A model generated the notes under the pieces. It saw only the letters and a program-made list of their open reading frames with translations, had not been told where the DNA came from and did not search any database. This document shows positions 10,275-19,847 of a stretch of DNA of 64,000 nucleotides, piece by piece. Origin of the DNA: Candidatus Moraniibacteriota bacterium (lineage in GTDB: Bacteria; Patescibacteriota; Minisyncoccia; Moranbacterales; UBA2206); assembly GCA_003483065.1 (NCBI GenBank), contig DMWY01000018.1, positions 8,160 to 72,159 of the forward strand, in the 5' to 3' direction. The translations under genes were made by a program, and so were the position numbers. Numbering within the stretch: position 1 is the stretch's first letter; each line of letters begins with the position of its first letter.

Positions 10275-10334
10275 TATTCGTAGATTCCTGCCTACCGGCA
10301 GGCAGGCGCATTAAATTCGTAGATTCGCATCGGT
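10275..10334 (+). repeat. attcgtag/attcgcat repeat remnant with nested CCTGCCTACCGGCAGGCAGG palindrome
   Basis: attcgtagattc[ctgcctaccggcaggcaggc]gcattaaattcgtagattcgcatcg; the last 18 nt recur at about 54885-54902. Confidence 0.75.
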
Positions 10335-10463
10335 TAAAAATAATAAAATCCGGGCTTTTCACCCGGCTTTCAACACTTTTGTGGCTTCCGCCAGCTGGCG
10401 GATTAACCACTTACATAACCATTATAGCAGACTTTTGACCTTTTGGCAAGCTTAGAAAAAAAC

Positions 10464-10499
10464 AACGGCGGTTTGCGAAAGATTCGCGAAACCGCCGGT
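10464..10499 (-). terminator. Terminator-like hairpin after the small-ORF cassette
   Basis: cggcggttt-gcgaa/ttcgc-aaaccgccg stem, U tract on minus strand. Confidence 0.6.
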
Positions 10500-10515
10500 A
10501 AGGATTGAAAAAAAA

Positions 10516-10617
10516 TTATCCACGCTTAGCCCCCCAGAAAATATAGGAGGCCCAAATAATGAGAACTGCTCCAGCCAGATACATTCCGACCCTCATAAAA
10601 TCAACCATGTTTTCCAT
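10516..10617 (-). CDS. Small single-TM peptide (33 aa, MENMVDFMRVGMYLAGAVLIIWASYIFWGAKRG)
   Basis: AAGGAGGA upstream, hydrophobic core, basic C-terminus, terminator downstream; below the ORF-track cutoff. Confidence 0.6.
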   Translation of the reverse strand: MENMVDFMRVGMYLAGAVLIIWASYIFWGAKRG

Positions 10618-10634
10618 ATTTCCTCCTTGCCAAG

Positions 10635-10949
10635 TTATTTCTTTATAATTTTAAATCCCAATAATAATATTGAACGAGAATCAATACGATCACCCTTATC
10701 AAATATTAGTAAAAAATCTCTCGTGAATCCCAGAATTTTATTTTTTCTGCCATTTCTGTTTATAACATCCCCAATTTCGATATCAAGATCATTAATAATC
10801 TTTCTTCTTTTTTCCGTAGCATCAGATATTTTCTTACCTATGATGTCTGCATTTACACCCTCATAGATAAAATTATATCTTTGCTCTTGATCCTCTTTTG
10901 GTTTTTTATCTAAATATTTGTTTCTTGTTGAGGTTATATTGCAAGACAT
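10635..10949 (-). CDS. Hypothetical protein
   Basis: 104-aa ORF with GGAG SD, directly downstream of ileS. Confidence 0.6.
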   Translation of the reverse strand: MSCNITSTRNKYLDKKPKEDQEQRYNFIYEGVNADIIGKKISDATEKRRKIINDLDIEIGDVINRNGRKNKILGFTRDFLLIFDKGDRIDSRSILLLGFKIIKK

Positions 10950-10969
10950 TTATCCGCTCTCCATCCCTA

Positions 10970-13900
10970 TTAAATTTTCCTAACCCCAATTTCCAATTTT
11001 TCTCCATCTACCTCAAAAGTTTTTTTGAGATCTCCGGATATTTCATTGGAAGACAATATGCCATTCGCCAAAGTTTCTTTGGCGATTAATTTCTTGAGAT
11101 CTATATTGTTAAAGATCAATGATTCACCACTATAAACTATTTCAATTCGATTGTCAACTTCATAGCCCGCCTCTTTTCTCATTTCTTGAATGAAACGAAT
11201 CACCTCTCGTGCTTGGCCTTCGAGTTTGAGTTCGAGGGTGATTTCGGTATTTAATTTTATATTTTCAACACTAGAACTAGATTGCGCATCATCCATTTTA
11301 AATTCCCCAACAAACTTAACTTCCTTAATATTTAATTCTTCTTTTATTATATCTAAAAATTCCGCTCGTAATTCGCAATTGGTAATTAGTAATTCAGATA
11401 GAGGCTGACGAACTTTTATCCCCGCTTTTGCTCGCAGTTGCAATGCTTCTGTGATAATATTTCTCGTTTCTTCCATTTCCTTATTTAATCTTTCATCAAT
11501 CAATTTTTCATCAGCGATTGGAAAATCTTGCAAGTGTACAGACGCAAAATTTTGCGTCTCTACGGCGCTGGATAAATTCCGATAAATTTCCTCAGAGATA
11601 AACGGCGTAAACGGCGCCATCAATTTTGAAAGGGTTATTAAAACATAATGCAAGGTTTCATAGGCCTCATTTTTATCACCATCATTTTCCGATTTCCAAA
11701 ATCGCTTTCGACTTCGACGAATATACCAATTGGAAAGGTTATCCACAAAAACTTCAATTGATTTTGCAGAACTATAAACATCATACGCCTCTAATTTTTC
11801 ATCTACATTTTTGATAAGCATTTGCATTTCAGAAATAATCCACTTATCAAGAAGATTTTTTGTATCTTGTATCTTGTATCTTGTATCTTGCGGTTGAAAA
11901 CCGTCTATATTTGCATACATCACAAAAAATGAATATGAATTCCAAAGCATGCGAAAAACTCGATTCATAATATCTTTCATATTTTTGATATCAAATTTTT
12001 TCGGAAGTCCTGGTTGATTGATGGTATAGAGCATCCAGCGAAGCATATCTGCTCCATATTCATCCATAACCTTCATTGGTTCAATGACATTGCCTTTTGA
12101 CTTAGACATTTTTTTGCCTTTAGCATCCAAAATATGCCCGAGACAAATAACATTTTTGAAAGCATAGCCGGTTGGAACTTTTCCGGATTCGTTGAGTAAT
12201 GTAGCAATTGCGTGCAGAGTGTAGAACCACCCACGAGTTTGATCCACTGCTTCGGAAATATAATCAGCCGGAAAAAACTTTCCACTTTCAACTTTTTCTT
12301 TTTCTTCCATGCTAGCTGAAGCAGGATAATAGAATTGAGCTAACGGCATCGAGCCTGAATCAAACCAAACGTCCAAAACTTCTGGCACTTTTTTCATTTC
12401 TTCTCCGCAGACACATTCAAATTTAACTTCGTCTATATATGGTTTGTGTAAATCCTCAATTTTTTGACCAGATAAATCTTCCAGTTCTTTTTGCGATTCA
12501 ATAACTTTCAATTCTCCACATTTTTCACATTTCCAAATTGGCAAAGGAGTTCCCCAATAACGTTCTCGGGAGATTGCCCAGTCTTTGACACCCTTCAACC
12601 ATTCACCAAAACGACCCTCTCTGAAATGCTCCGGAATCCAATTTATCTTCTCATTATTTTTTACTAATTTTTCTGAAAATTCACTCATTCGGATAAACCA
12701 TGATGGCTTGGCATAATAAATCAAAGGGGTATCGCATCTCCAACAAAATGGATAATCATGTTCATACAATTCTTCTTTGAAAAGCAACTCGCGCTTTTTC
12801 AAGTCCTCTAGAATTAATTCATCGACTGCATATTTGTTTTTTTCATTTTTCTTTTTAACTGGAATTCCAAATCCAGGAACTTCCGCTGACATTTTTCCTT
12901 CCGTGTCCACGGTAATCAGAGTTGGTAAGTCATTTTCGCGTCCAACATTACTATCATCCTCTCCAAAGGCCGGGGCGATATGCACTATTCCCGTTCCATC
13001 TTGTGTCGTCACAAAATCACCCGAGACAACTCGGTAAGCTTTTTTGTCAGAATCATTAGTTTTATAAAGCGGTTCGTATTCAAGGCCGATTAAGTCATTA
13101 CCACTCATATCATCATGCACTATTTCCATTTCTTTGTCTTTGAATATTTTTTCAATCAAATCGCTAGCGACGATAATCAATTCTGAAATATCTTTTATCC
13201 GAAGCGACGTATATTTTACATTTTTGTTAACCGCTAATGCAACATTGCCTGGGAGTGTCCAAGGTGTAGTCGTCCAAACTAAAATGTAAGCGCTGTCCTT
13301 AGTTTTATATTTACCTCCTCCGAATTCTTGTTCTGGCTTTAATTTAAATTTAACAAAAACTGAATTGTCTTTCACGACCTGATAACCCTGCGCCACTTCA
13401 TGAGAAGAAAGTGCTGTTCCACAACGATAACAATATGGCACAACTTTGTGACCTTGATAAATCAAGCTTTCTCCATTCTTATTTTTAGTTTTGAAAATTT
13501 GCGCAATCACCCACCAAACTGATTCGATATATTTATTTTCATATGTGACATAAGGTTTTTTCATATCCACCCAATATGCCATTCTTTGCGTGAGTTTTTC
13601 CCAAAGATCTCGATAGAGCCAAACTGATTCTTTGCATTTCTTGTTAAATTCAATGACACTTTCTCTCGGATTTCCCGGTATAATATTTTCAATTTCTTGT
13701 TTGTTTTTTAGTCCCAATGCTTTTTCCACTTGCAATTCAACTGGCAAACCATGTGTATCCCAACCAGCTTTTCTTTCCACTCGATAGCCTTTCATTGTTT
13801 TGTAGCGCGGAATGATATCTTTGAACGCTCGCGCTAAAACATGATGAAGCCCAGGAACACCATTGGCCGTCGGTGGCCCTTCATAAAACACAAAAGATTT

Positions 13901-14014
13901 ATCCTCCGGATTTTTCTCTACTGACTTTTGAAATATCTCATTCTCTTCCCAAAATTTCAAAATTTCTTCTTCCATCTTAGGAAATGATTGCTTCACCTCA
14001 ACTTTTTTAAACAT
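10970..14014 (-). CDS. ileS: Isoleucine--tRNA ligase (type 2)
   Basis: EGPPTANG.PGLHH, GWDTHGLP, WTTTPWTLP, DWAISRERYWG, KMSKS; start at MFKKVE. Confidence 0.97.
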   Translation of the reverse strand: MFKKVEVKQSFPKMEEEILKFWEENEIFQKSVEKNPEDKSFVFYEGPPTANGVPGLHHVLARAFKDIIPRYKTMKGYRVERKAGWDTHGLPVELQVEKALGLKNKQEIENIIPGNPRESVIEFNKKCKESVWLYRDLWEKLTQRMAYWVDMKKPYVTYENKYIESVWWVIAQIFKTKNKNGESLIYQGHKVVPYCYRCGTALSSHEVAQGYQVVKDNSVFVKFKLKPEQEFGGGKYKTKDSAYILVWTTTPWTLPGNVALAVNKNVKYTSLRIKDISELIIVASDLIEKIFKDKEMEIVHDDMSGNDLIGLEYEPLYKTNDSDKKAYRVVSGDFVTTQDGTGIVHIAPAFGEDDSNVGRENDLPTLITVDTEGKMSAEVPGFGIPVKKKNEKNKYAVDELILEDLKKRELLFKEELYEHDYPFCWRCDTPLIYYAKPSWFIRMSEFSEKLVKNNEKINWIPEHFREGRFGEWLKGVKDWAISRERYWGTPLPIWKCEKCGELKVIESQKELEDLSGQKIEDLHKPYIDEVKFECVCGEEMKKVPEVLDVWFDSGSMPLAQFYYPASASMEEKEKVESGKFFPADYISEAVDQTRGWFYTLHAIATLLNESGKVPTGYAFKNVICLGHILDAKGKKMSKSKGNVIEPMKVMDEYGADMLRWMLYTINQPGLPKKFDIKNMKDIMNRVFRMLWNSYSFFVMYANIDGFQPQDTRYKIQDTKNLLDKWIISEMQMLIKNVDEKLEAYDVYSSAKSIEVFVDNLSNWYIRRSRKRFWKSENDGDKNEAYETLHYVLITLSKLMAPFTPFISEEIYRNLSSAVETQNFASVHLQDFPIADEKLIDERLNKEMEETRNIITEALQLRAKAGIKVRQPLSELLITNCELRAEFLDIIKEELNIKEVKFVGEFKMDDAQSSSSVENIKLNTEITLELKLEGQAREVIRFIQEMRKEAGYEVDNRIEIVYSGESLIFNNIDLKKLIAKETLANGILSSNEISGDLKKTFEVDGEKLEIGVRKI

Positions 14015-14035
14015 AAATTTATAAATTAAAAATAA

Positions 14036-14228
14036 AAAAACCTTACACAAAAAAATGCATAAGGACGTTTGAAAAACGTGGTACCACCTTAGTTTTCATG
14101 TTTCATGCTACATGTTGCATGCTTCATGACTTATTCCTGCTATCACGGGCTTACCCGGTGAAGTCTACTTCTCACCGATGAGGCGAGTTTCTTTTCACAG
14201 CTCCGGAGTGATCTCTCCATCAAAGCCT
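14036..14228 (-). promoter_or_regulatory. Ile T-box leader with ultrashort Stem I and terminator
   Basis: ggct-ttgat-ggag-agATCa-ctcc-gga-gct Stem I with ATC specifier; AAGGTGGTACCACG...CGTCCTT antiterminator; ccttatgca/tgtgtaagg + U-tract terminator. Confidence 0.88.
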
Positions 14229-14269
14229 TTCTTCTATATACTAATACAAATCTCAAAAAACACAATGGT

Positions 14270-14752
14270 TTATATTTTTCCAAAAATATTTTTATTATTC
14301 GAATAAAACTCCCAGCCAATCATTATCTCCCGTTCAATACTGGAAATAAAATCTATCTCGGAAAGATTATTAATTGATTGCCATTTCCATTCGCTGTGTT
14401 CCCTTTCGTCAATCACGGGATTTTTTCCGTTGACATAAGAATGCCAGAAACACACAAATTTCATTCCAGGAATTTTTTTCTGTTCTAGCTCCAGTGTTTC
14501 AATCTCATAAGTTCCAAAAACTAAAACTCGATCGATAACAATTCCCAATTCTTCTTTTATTTGCCTACCTATCGCTTCTTCAAAATTTTCTCCAATATAA
14601 ACTTGTCCGCCACCACATTCCCACTTGCCTGGATACAATCTTCTACTGTCTTGTCTTTTCACAATCAAAACTTCAATGTCATTTTCTGTTTCCCGAAAAC
14701 ATATTCCCGCTACATGCACTTCTATTTTGTGTTGTTGTTGCTCTCTAGACAT
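14270..14752 (-). CDS. NUDIX hydrolase
   Basis: WECGGG....GE....A..R.I.EELG Nudix-like box. Confidence 0.85.
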   Translation of the reverse strand: MSREQQQHKIEVHVAGICFRETENDIEVLIVKRQDSRRLYPGKWECGGGQVYIGENFEEAIGRQIKEELGIVIDRVLVFGTYEIETLELEQKKIPGMKFVCFWHSYVNGKNPVIDEREHSEWKWQSINNLSEIDFISSIEREIMIGWEFYSNNKNIFGKI

Positions 14753-15927
14753 TATTTATTTTTTTCAAAACTTTTATACACTTCCAAAGTCTCTCGCGCG
14801 CATTTTTCCCAATTGAATTTTTCCACTTGCTTCTTCCCTTTTTCTCGAAAATCATTTTTGAGATTTTCGTCTGTGGCAAATTTTGTCATTGCCTCAGCTA
14901 ACTCTTGCGTGTTAATTGGGTCAATTTGATAGGCGGCGTCTCCGGCTACTTCCGGAATGGACGAAACATTTGAGACAATGGCTGGTGTGCCCGTAGCAAA
15001 AGCTTCGAGCACTGTCATACCAAAACCTTCATAGAGTGACGGCATCACAAAGAAATCAGCATTTTTGAAAAGTGGCACTAGTTCATCACCAACCACATAA
15101 CCAGTGAAAAACACATCCTTAGAAAGATCAAGGTCTTTTACTATTTGCTTATATTCCTGTGCCAACCAACCATTCTTTCCGGCTAGGATAAGCTTGTGTT
15201 CACATTTGCCTTTGATTTTTTGACATTTTTCTTTGAAAATTTTGAATGCCTCTAGAAGTCGGGTAATATTTTTGATCGGCTCAATTGTTCCCAAAAACAA
15301 AATGTATTTCTTGTCAGTTGGAATTCCATATTTTTCCAAAACTTTTTCGCGGGTTAGCTTTGACTCTTCAAAAAGTCGTTTGTCAAAACCAACATTGATA
15401 ACTTTGATTTTTTCGGCTGGATATTTGAAAATATTTTTAATGTCTTTTTTGGTTGATTCAGAGACGGCAATTATCTTGTCAGCTTTGCTCACCATAATAC
15501 TCATCACGGCTCGCGCCTTGGTGCTTTTTAGTTTCGGAAAAACATCCGGCACCTTATAGACTGCCAAATCATGCGCTGTTACGATGGTTTTTCCGCGATA
15601 CCCAACCGGAATTCGACTCATCGGCGACGTTGAATGAACTACATCCAAATTTTCTTTCATCAGAGTCGCCGTGCCCAAAATTTCGTTGTAAGCTCCCGGC
15701 AAATATTTCTTATAATCCGAAAATGGATAGAATTTTATCTTCACATTCGACTGAGCAAATTTTTTCACATCTTTTTCTCGCACACGAAAATCAAAAAACA
15801 AAACATACTCGTTCACTTTGTCGATTTTCAAAAGATGTCGAATAAGTTGATAGGTATAGTGCCCCACTCCAATCGCTTCACCCTTCTCTGGATTCAAAAT
15901 TGTGCGCGCGTCAATTCCGATCTTCAT
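14752..15927 (-). CDS. Glycosyltransferase family 4
   Basis: MKIGIDAR, HDL, GTIEP.KN, PSLYEGFG..VLEA. Confidence 0.93.
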   Translation of the reverse strand: MKIGIDARTILNPEKGEAIGVGHYTYQLIRHLLKIDKVNEYVLFFDFRVREKDVKKFAQSNVKIKFYPFSDYKKYLPGAYNEILGTATLMKENLDVVHSTSPMSRIPVGYRGKTIVTAHDLAVYKVPDVFPKLKSTKARAVMSIMVSKADKIIAVSESTKKDIKNIFKYPAEKIKVINVGFDKRLFEESKLTREKVLEKYGIPTDKKYILFLGTIEPIKNITRLLEAFKIFKEKCQKIKGKCEHKLILAGKNGWLAQEYKQIVKDLDLSKDVFFTGYVVGDELVPLFKNADFFVMPSLYEGFGMTVLEAFATGTPAIVSNVSSIPEVAGDAAYQIDPINTQELAEAMTKFATDENLKNDFREKGKKQVEKFNWEKCARETLEVYKSFEKNK

Positions 15928-15961
15928 AGTTTTGTCTTAGTTAATTAATTTAGCTTTTTTT

Positions 15962-16074
15962 CCTTACGAATTACGAACTTTTACAAATGTACTAATGTGG
16001 ACTGAGTACTTTTTTATTATTTCAATTTAATTATTCGTATTTCGTACATTCGTACCGATTCGTAATTCGTAAGG
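15962..16074. repeat. 7-9-mer-periodic imperfect palindrome
   Basis: ccttacgaattacgaac... / ...attcgtatttcgtacattcgtaccgattcgtaattcgtaagg. Confidence 0.75.
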
Positions 16075-16078
16075 GTTA

Positions 16079-17710
16079 TCACATCTTTTCTGGAGAATTT
16101 ACTCCTAACAATCTGAGAACTTCTCCTAACACTATTCTAACAGCATTTATGAGGTTTAGTCTAGCGCTAGTTAGCTCTGGATTTTCATCATCTAGCACCT
16201 TGCAATCATTGTAAAAAGAATGAAATTTATCCGCCAATTTTATCGCATAATACGGCAATTTATGCACTTCATAACTTTCGGAAACATCCTCAATGATTTG
16301 CGGAAATTTGTCGAGTTCTCGAATTAAACTCAATTCTTTTTTATGAGTTAGTAATGACAAATCTACCTTATTCCTCCTCTCCTCTTGGGAGAGGATGTCC
16401 CGACAAAGTCGGGACAGGAGAGGGCTCTCTTTCACCTTCTCTAAGATACTACAAATTCTAGCGTGCGCATATTGCACATAGAAGACTGGATTTTTTTCAG
16501 ATCTTTCTTTTGCCAAACCAAGATCGAAAGTCATATGAGTGTTAGCATCATACATCAAAAAGAAAAATCGCACGGCGTCCAAACCAACTTCATCTATCAG
16601 CTCATCAATATATACAACATTCCCAGCACGCTTGCTCATTTTTGCTTCTTTGCCATCTTTCACAAGACGCACCAATTGCACAATCACAAACTTGAGTTCT
16701 CCCTTGAACCCAAGGGCTTCGGCTGCTGCGCGAAATCTCAAAATATAGCCATGATGATCAGCGCCCCAAACTTCAATTATTTTTTCAAATTTTCTGTCTA
16801 TTTTATTCAAGATATATCCACAATCCGAGGCAAAATATGTTTTTTGTCCGTCTTTTTTAACAAGCACTCGATCTTTGTCATCGCCAAATTTTGTCGTCTT
16901 AAGCCACATCGCTCCATCATTTTCAAAAGTTAATTCTTTCTTTTTCAATTTTTCAATCGCCTTATCAATATAGCCATCTTCATAAAGAGATTTTTCTGAC
17001 ATCCAGCTATCAAAATTAATTTTCATCTTTTCTTTGATTGTTTTTTTGATAATCTCATCCAGCACAATCTTGGCCGACTTTTCTCCAATTTCTTTGATAT
17101 CTTTTATTTTTGCAAATTTTTTATTCAATTGATCAATATATTCCCCGGAATATGCCGCCTCCTCATCCTTCAAAACACTGTGACCTAATTTGAGCAATTG
17201 CTCTCCAGCATCATTCACATAATATTCATTAACATTTTCATAACCCGCCTTTTCCAAAACTTTTCCAATCACATCTCCGAAAAATCCTCCTCGACCATTG
17301 CCCAGATGAAGCGGTCCAGTCGGGTTGGCAGAAATAAATTCATTGTTAACTTTTTTTCCTTTTCCAGTTTTGCCTTCGCCAAACTTATTTTCTCTTTCAT
17401 TTATCTCTCGAACTTTGTCCTGCAAATATTCTTTAGACAAATAGAAATTTATATACCCCGGTACAACAACTTCCACTTTCTCAAAAAATTGCTGTACGGA
17501 CAGGTCGCGACCTGTCCCTACCAAAAAATTTTTAATCTCCTCAGCTACTGTTATCGGATTTTTCTTGGCACTCTTACTCAAAACCATCGCCACATTAGTC
17601 GTATAATCACCAAAAGCTTCAAGCTTCGGATAGTCAACATCAACCTCACCTATTTCATAACCGAGGTCTTTCACCGCTTTTTCTATAAGTTTTTGAATTT
17701 CTTGTTTCAT
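16079..17710 (-). CDS. argS: Arginine--tRNA ligase
   Basis: EFISANPTGPLHLGN, WGADHHGY, KMSKR, YVQYAHARICSI; carries two in-frame palindromic inserts. Confidence 0.97.
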   Translation of the reverse strand: MKQEIQKLIEKAVKDLGYEIGEVDVDYPKLEAFGDYTTNVAMVLSKSAKKNPITVAEEIKNFLVGTGRDLSVQQFFEKVEVVVPGYINFYLSKEYLQDKVREINERENKFGEGKTGKGKKVNNEFISANPTGPLHLGNGRGGFFGDVIGKVLEKAGYENVNEYYVNDAGEQLLKLGHSVLKDEEAAYSGEYIDQLNKKFAKIKDIKEIGEKSAKIVLDEIIKKTIKEKMKINFDSWMSEKSLYEDGYIDKAIEKLKKKELTFENDGAMWLKTTKFGDDKDRVLVKKDGQKTYFASDCGYILNKIDRKFEKIIEVWGADHHGYILRFRAAAEALGFKGELKFVIVQLVRLVKDGKEAKMSKRAGNVVYIDELIDEVGLDAVRFFFLMYDANTHMTFDLGLAKERSEKNPVFYVQYAHARICSILEKVKESPLLSRLCRDILSQEERRNKVDLSLLTHKKELSLIRELDKFPQIIEDVSESYEVHKLPYYAIKLADKFHSFYNDCKVLDDENPELTSARLNLINAVRIVLGEVLRLLGVNSPEKM

Positions 17711-17753
17711 AACTATATACTAACTCAACTTGCCCTTAAAATCAATATTTTCA

Positions 17754-17786
17754 AAAAAGCTTCAAGAAAATCTTGAAGCTTTTATT
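17754..17786 (-). terminator. Intrinsic terminator
   Basis: aaaagcttcaaga-aaa-tcttgaagctttt. Confidence 0.7.
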
Positions 17787-17813
17787 TTTCATAGAATATT
17801 CCTAATATTTTTG

Positions 17814-18584
17814 CTAAAACAAACCCCCTAGCCAATTCATTATCCTTGCAAAAAATCCAACTCTTTCACACTCGCCATCAACAAGATTGTATCCGCCCTT
17901 GCAAACATACTCACATTTTGGTTCGTTTCCCTCGGGAACACTACAAGATTCAACCAATTCTTTCTTAGTGTAATAAAATACTTTTTCATCATCTTTTGGG
18001 CATAGTTCAGAATTTTTTGGCATTTCTCCAATGCAAGGAACTGTACTAATTTTTGAATCGACAGGCAAACCGATAAGTTCATTGTTTGAATTTTCGTTCC
18101 CCTTTGAATTATCTTGATTTTTAGAATTTTTATTCTGAGTTTGGCTATTGGCATTATTGCAATCGCGTGGCCAAGGCATTTTACACAAACCACTAAAATC
18201 CTCCATGCAATCCGCGAATGCTATCTTTGCGGTACAAAAATCTTTTTCATTAGAAATTTTATTATTACCAAACAGAAAGGCTCCTTGCTTATTATCACAC
18301 TCTTCATATTTAGCTAAGACTCTTTGAGAATAATCCCAACATTCATCTTCTTTTAAGGCACACCCTTCTAAGCATCCTCCTTTCACATAACCCCCTTCGC
18401 TGCTAGGACAAGAAACTTTACATTTATGCTCTAAATCAAGGCACTTATTAGCTTCTTCGGCAGCACAATCATGCATTTTATTAATAAATTCAACACCCGA
18501 GCCCGGAACAGCAGCAACAGTATAGAATGGTGAAAATAAAATAAAAAACGAAAAAAATATTTTTATCACTTTAATTTTTATCAT
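17814..18584 (-). CDS. Cysteine-rich secreted protein
   Basis: Signal peptide, about 20 Cys, EGF/sushi-like C-terminal 'CEYVCKGGYNLVDGEC'. Confidence 0.7.
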   Translation of the reverse strand: MIKIKVIKIFFSFFILFSPFYTVAAVPGSGVEFINKMHDCAAEEANKCLDLEHKCKVSCPSSEGGYVKGGCLEGCALKEDECWDYSQRVLAKYEECDNKQGAFLFGNNKISNEKDFCTAKIAFADCMEDFSGLCKMPWPRDCNNANSQTQNKNSKNQDNSKGNENSNNELIGLPVDSKISTVPCIGEMPKNSELCPKDDEKVFYYTKKELVESCSVPEGNEPKCEYVCKGGYNLVDGECERVGFFARIMNWLGGLF

Positions 18585-18585
18585 A

Positions 18586-19725
18586 TTATTTAGCTTGATC
18601 AATTTTTTTCTGTCCCTCGTTATATGCCTCCGCTATTTGATCTTCTATGCTTTTGTGCCTTTCATCATATTTATCACTGACATATTTTTGACATTCATCA
18701 GAGACTTCATTTCTTAAACGTATGCCAAGAGAAATATTGGTGCTTTCATTGCCAAGCTTGAGCGTACAAGAACTATGACTATTTGTCACTGAAATTTGGC
18801 TCATACTATTGGCATTTACCTTATTTATAGCGCAAGTAGCTTCCGACATTTTATTCATAACATTATTGAGCTCTTCTGAACTTCTCGCTGAATAATAAAC
18901 TCCGCCACCATTTTGGGAAATATTTTTGAGTTGACTTTCCGCTGTTCCGCCAACATTAAAACCGATGACATTGGTTATCAATTTTATATTATTACCGTTT
19001 AATTCTTTCGCTTTAGAAACTGGATTGCCACCACAAGTTTCTTCGCCATCACTAATTAGCAGGACTGAATTTTGATATTGATCTCCTGGATATTTCGCCA
19101 AAATATCACTAGCTTTTTGCAAAGAATCAGCTATTGGTGTCCAGCCAGTCGCTTGTAAAAGGGAAACTTTTGAAGTTATCACATCTAGCTTGATTTTATC
19201 CAACCAATAAATTTCTTCTATGCCGGCGCAAGAAACAGCTTTGTCGCTAGCACTATTACTTCCTTTGTGACCATAAGCAATAATGGAAACATTCACCTCT
19301 TCATTTAAATTTTTCACAAAATTCAAAGCCGCTTCCTTAGCAATTTCAATTTTAGATTTTCCACCAATTTTTGGTGCCATAGAACCAGAAGAGTCCAGAA
19401 TTAAAACTAAATTTTTCTTTTTGTTTGTATTATTTTTATTATCGCAAGTCGCTGTGTCCACCTTTCCATAACAATCCTCATATGTTTTTCCGTATTTGGA
19501 AATAAGCGCATCGTACTCAGCGTCACATTTAGTGTTATTAGAAAGATCTTGATTCTCCGCAGAAGCCGTATTTGTATCTGCCACCGGAGCTGTATTTTTT
19601 GCACTATTTATCTCAGGAGAAGTTTCGCTAGTCGTCTTTTGTTCTACAGTTGAACTATTTTTAGCTCCACAACCAGAAAAAATAATTACCGACGTTGCAA
19701 GTATTAGAAATAACATTTTTTTCAT
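18586..19725 (-). CDS. von Willebrand factor A domain lipoprotein
   Basis: Lipobox FSGC; MIDAS DSSGS, TPIA, SDGEETC. Confidence 0.9.
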   Translation of the reverse strand: MKKMLFLILATSVIIFSGCGAKNSSTVEQKTTSETSPEINSAKNTAPVADTNTASAENQDLSNNTKCDAEYDALISKYGKTYEDCYGKVDTATCDNKNNTNKKKNLVLILDSSGSMAPKIGGKSKIEIAKEAALNFVKNLNEEVNVSIIAYGHKGSNSASDKAVSCAGIEEIYWLDKIKLDVITSKVSLLQATGWTPIADSLQKASDILAKYPGDQYQNSVLLISDGEETCGGNPVSKAKELNGNNIKLITNVIGFNVGGTAESQLKNISQNGGGVYYSARSSEELNNVMNKMSEATCAINKVNANSMSQISVTNSHSSCTLKLGNESTNISLGIRLRNEVSDECQKYVSDKYDERHKSIEDQIAEAYNEGQKKIDQAK

Positions 19726-19767
19726 ATTTTTGTTTTTATCTTATAAAATAAAATTTTACTTTCTTAT

Positions 19768-19844
19768 TATACCATACACTTCCTCACCGGCCGGAAACTT
19801 TTTCGGTGGATTTCACAGGGGCCGTGTTTTTTGAGGGCGTCCAT
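19768..19844 (-). repeat. 77-bp duplicate of the rnhB 3' end (direct repeat with 20831-20907)
   Basis: 5 mismatches, all synonymous; encodes MDALKKHGPCEIHRKSFRPVRKCMV*. Confidence 0.95.
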
Positions 19845-19847
19845 GTT

